A model generated the notes under the pieces. That model had not been told where the DNA came from, ran no database searches, and saw only the letters and a program-made list of their open reading frames with translations. Shown here piece after piece: positions 26,056-27,040 of a stretch of DNA of 27,040 bases. The DNA lies in the IMG/VR virus record IMGVR_UViG_3300012942_000120, positions 1 through 27,040 of that record, one strand, 5' to 3'. Position 1 is the first letter of the stretch; every line of letters begins with the position of its first letter. Source of the stretch: a virus (taxonomy: Duplodnaviria; Caudoviricetes). The position numbers and the translations under genes were made by a program.

Positions 26056-26150
26056 CCGAGTAGTACCGCGGCGCGGGGAGGCTCCTGTGTTGCGGCGTGT
26101 TTGGCCGGCGCCCGTCCGGGCCAGTCCTTTTTCATCCCATAGGAGAAGTC

Positions 26151-26504
26151 ATGCAACAAATTCAGATTCCACCGCTCGCCGAGGGTGAGGTCTATATCGG
26201 TGCCATCGGTAACAAGACCGGCGATGTCGAGCACATCATTCTTCTGCCCGGCGACAACGATGGAGCGACATGGCAGGCGCAAATGGATTGGGCGAAGTCG
26301 CTCGGTGGCGACCTCCCGAATCGCATTGAACAGGTGATGCTGTGGTCCGCTCATCGCGACCTGTTTCAGAAGGAATGGTACTGGAGCAACGAGCTCGATG
26401 AAGACGGCTGGGCCTGGTGTCAGGACTTCACCCGCGGCTACCAGAGCTACGGCGGTCAGTACGGCGAGTTCCGCGCCCGCGCCGTCCGCAGATTGCCCAT
26501 TTAG
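26151..26504 (+). CDS. DUF1566 (Lcl C-terminal, C-type-lectin-like) protein, putative DGR target 1
   Basis: AGGAG RBS, 117 aa. W..QMDWAKSLGGDLPNRIE...WYWS...AWCQDF..GYQ......EFRARAVRR. Confidence 0.88.
   Translation: MQQIQIPPLAEGEVYIGAIGNKTGDVEHIILLPGDNDGATWQAQMDWAKSLGGDLPNRIEQVMLWSAHRDLFQKEWYWSNELDEDGWAWCQDFTRGYQSYGGQYGEFRARAVRRLPI
26406..26495 (+). repeat. Putative DGR variable repeat VR1
   Basis: 90 nt, 74/90 identical to 26810-26899, with all differences at codon positions 1-2 of NNY codons. Confidence 0.8.
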
Positions 26505-26542
26505 TCGTTTATCAATTCGTAAGCATTCCAAAGGGGATGACG

Positions 26543-26908
26543 ATGCAACAAATCCAGACTCCGCCGCCCGCCAAAGGCGAGATCTATCTTGGCGGCTTCG
26601 TCGACGCAAACGGCGACGTCATGCATACGATCCTGCTGCCGGGCGACAACAAGCCGGCCACGTGGCAACAGCAGATGGAGTGGGCGAAAAGCATCGGCGG
26701 CGATCTGCCGACGCGCGCCGAGCTGGTCATCGCGTACGAGAGGCATCGCGATCAGTTCAAGAAAGCCGCCTACTGGTCGAACACGCCCGACACGGATCCG
26801 GGCTATTCCGGCTGGGCCTGGTGTCAGCGCTTCAGCATCGGCTACCAGTACGGCAACGCTCAGAGCTACGAGTTCCGCGCCCGCGCCGTCCGCAGATTGT
26901 CGATTTAA
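26543..26908 (+). CDS. DUF1566 protein, paralogue, putative DGR target 2
   Basis: AAGGGG RBS, 121 aa. WAKSIGGDLPTRAE...AYWS...AWCQRF..GYQ......EFRARAVRR. Confidence 0.88.
   Translation: MQQIQTPPPAKGEIYLGGFVDANGDVMHTILLPGDNKPATWQQQMEWAKSIGGDLPTRAELVIAYERHRDQFKKAAYWSNTPDTDPGYSGWAWCQRFSIGYQYGNAQSYEFRARAVRRLSI
26810..26899 (+). repeat. Putative DGR variable repeat VR2
   Basis: Second copy of the 90-nt repeat (see VR1). Confidence 0.8.
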
Positions 26909-26937
26909 TCCTTCAGCCATTTACAACGGAGCATCGC

Positions 26938-27040
26938 ATGACGATCACGCTTGAACAGATCAAGGCGGATCACGCGCGCATCGGCGCGGTGATCGAAGCC
27001 TTCCGGAAACAGCAGCGCGCGACCGAGTATCGCGTCGCCG
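26938..27040 (+). CDS. Hypothetical protein, 5' part (possibly a third target gene)
   Basis: GGAG RBS. MTITLEQIKADHARIGAVIEAFRKQQRATEYRVA, runs off the window. Confidence 0.6.
   Translation, partial: MTITLEQIKADHARIGAVIEAFRKQQRATEYRVA

Noticed and set aside
26810-26899. Second repeat as the DGR template repeat (TR)
   Set aside because: Neither copy has adenine at most mismatched positions (for example GAC/CGC, GGT/GCT), and both end intact genes. Both behave as VRs.
26151-26908. Simple recent tandem duplication or gene conversion explaining the repeat
   Set aside because: That would give mostly third-position synonymous differences. Zero of the 16 differences are at third positions.

Overview
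The window is the central 27 kb of a temperate lambdoid siphovirus or prophage with an HK97-like head. High GC and gene content resemble Burkholderiaceae phages of the phiE125/phi1026b type (host is my inference). On the minus strand, running right to left: cro, cII-like, ParB-like, an O-like replication initiator with iterons, nin-like accessory genes (DUF1064, DUF1364), a Q-like regulator with a late promoter and terminator, HNH, a putative cos region, terS, terL, portal, ClpP-type protease, major capsid, head-tail genes, tail tube, G/GT chaperones with a -1 slippery site, tape measure, gpM, a Gly-rich tail protein and the start of gpL. On the plus strand: a cI repressor controlled by five readable 14-bp operators, a PDZ lipoprotein and the PL early operon. 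The strongest signal is at the right end. Two tandem small DUF1566/C-type-lectin-like genes share a 90-nt 3' repeat whose 16 differences fall only in positions 1-2 of NNC/NNT codons. That is the footprint of a multi-target diversity-generating retroelement (DGR) acting on early, apparently cytoplasmic proteins rather than on the tail fibre. No TR, RT or avd is in the window. Family names are from motif recognition, not database searches.
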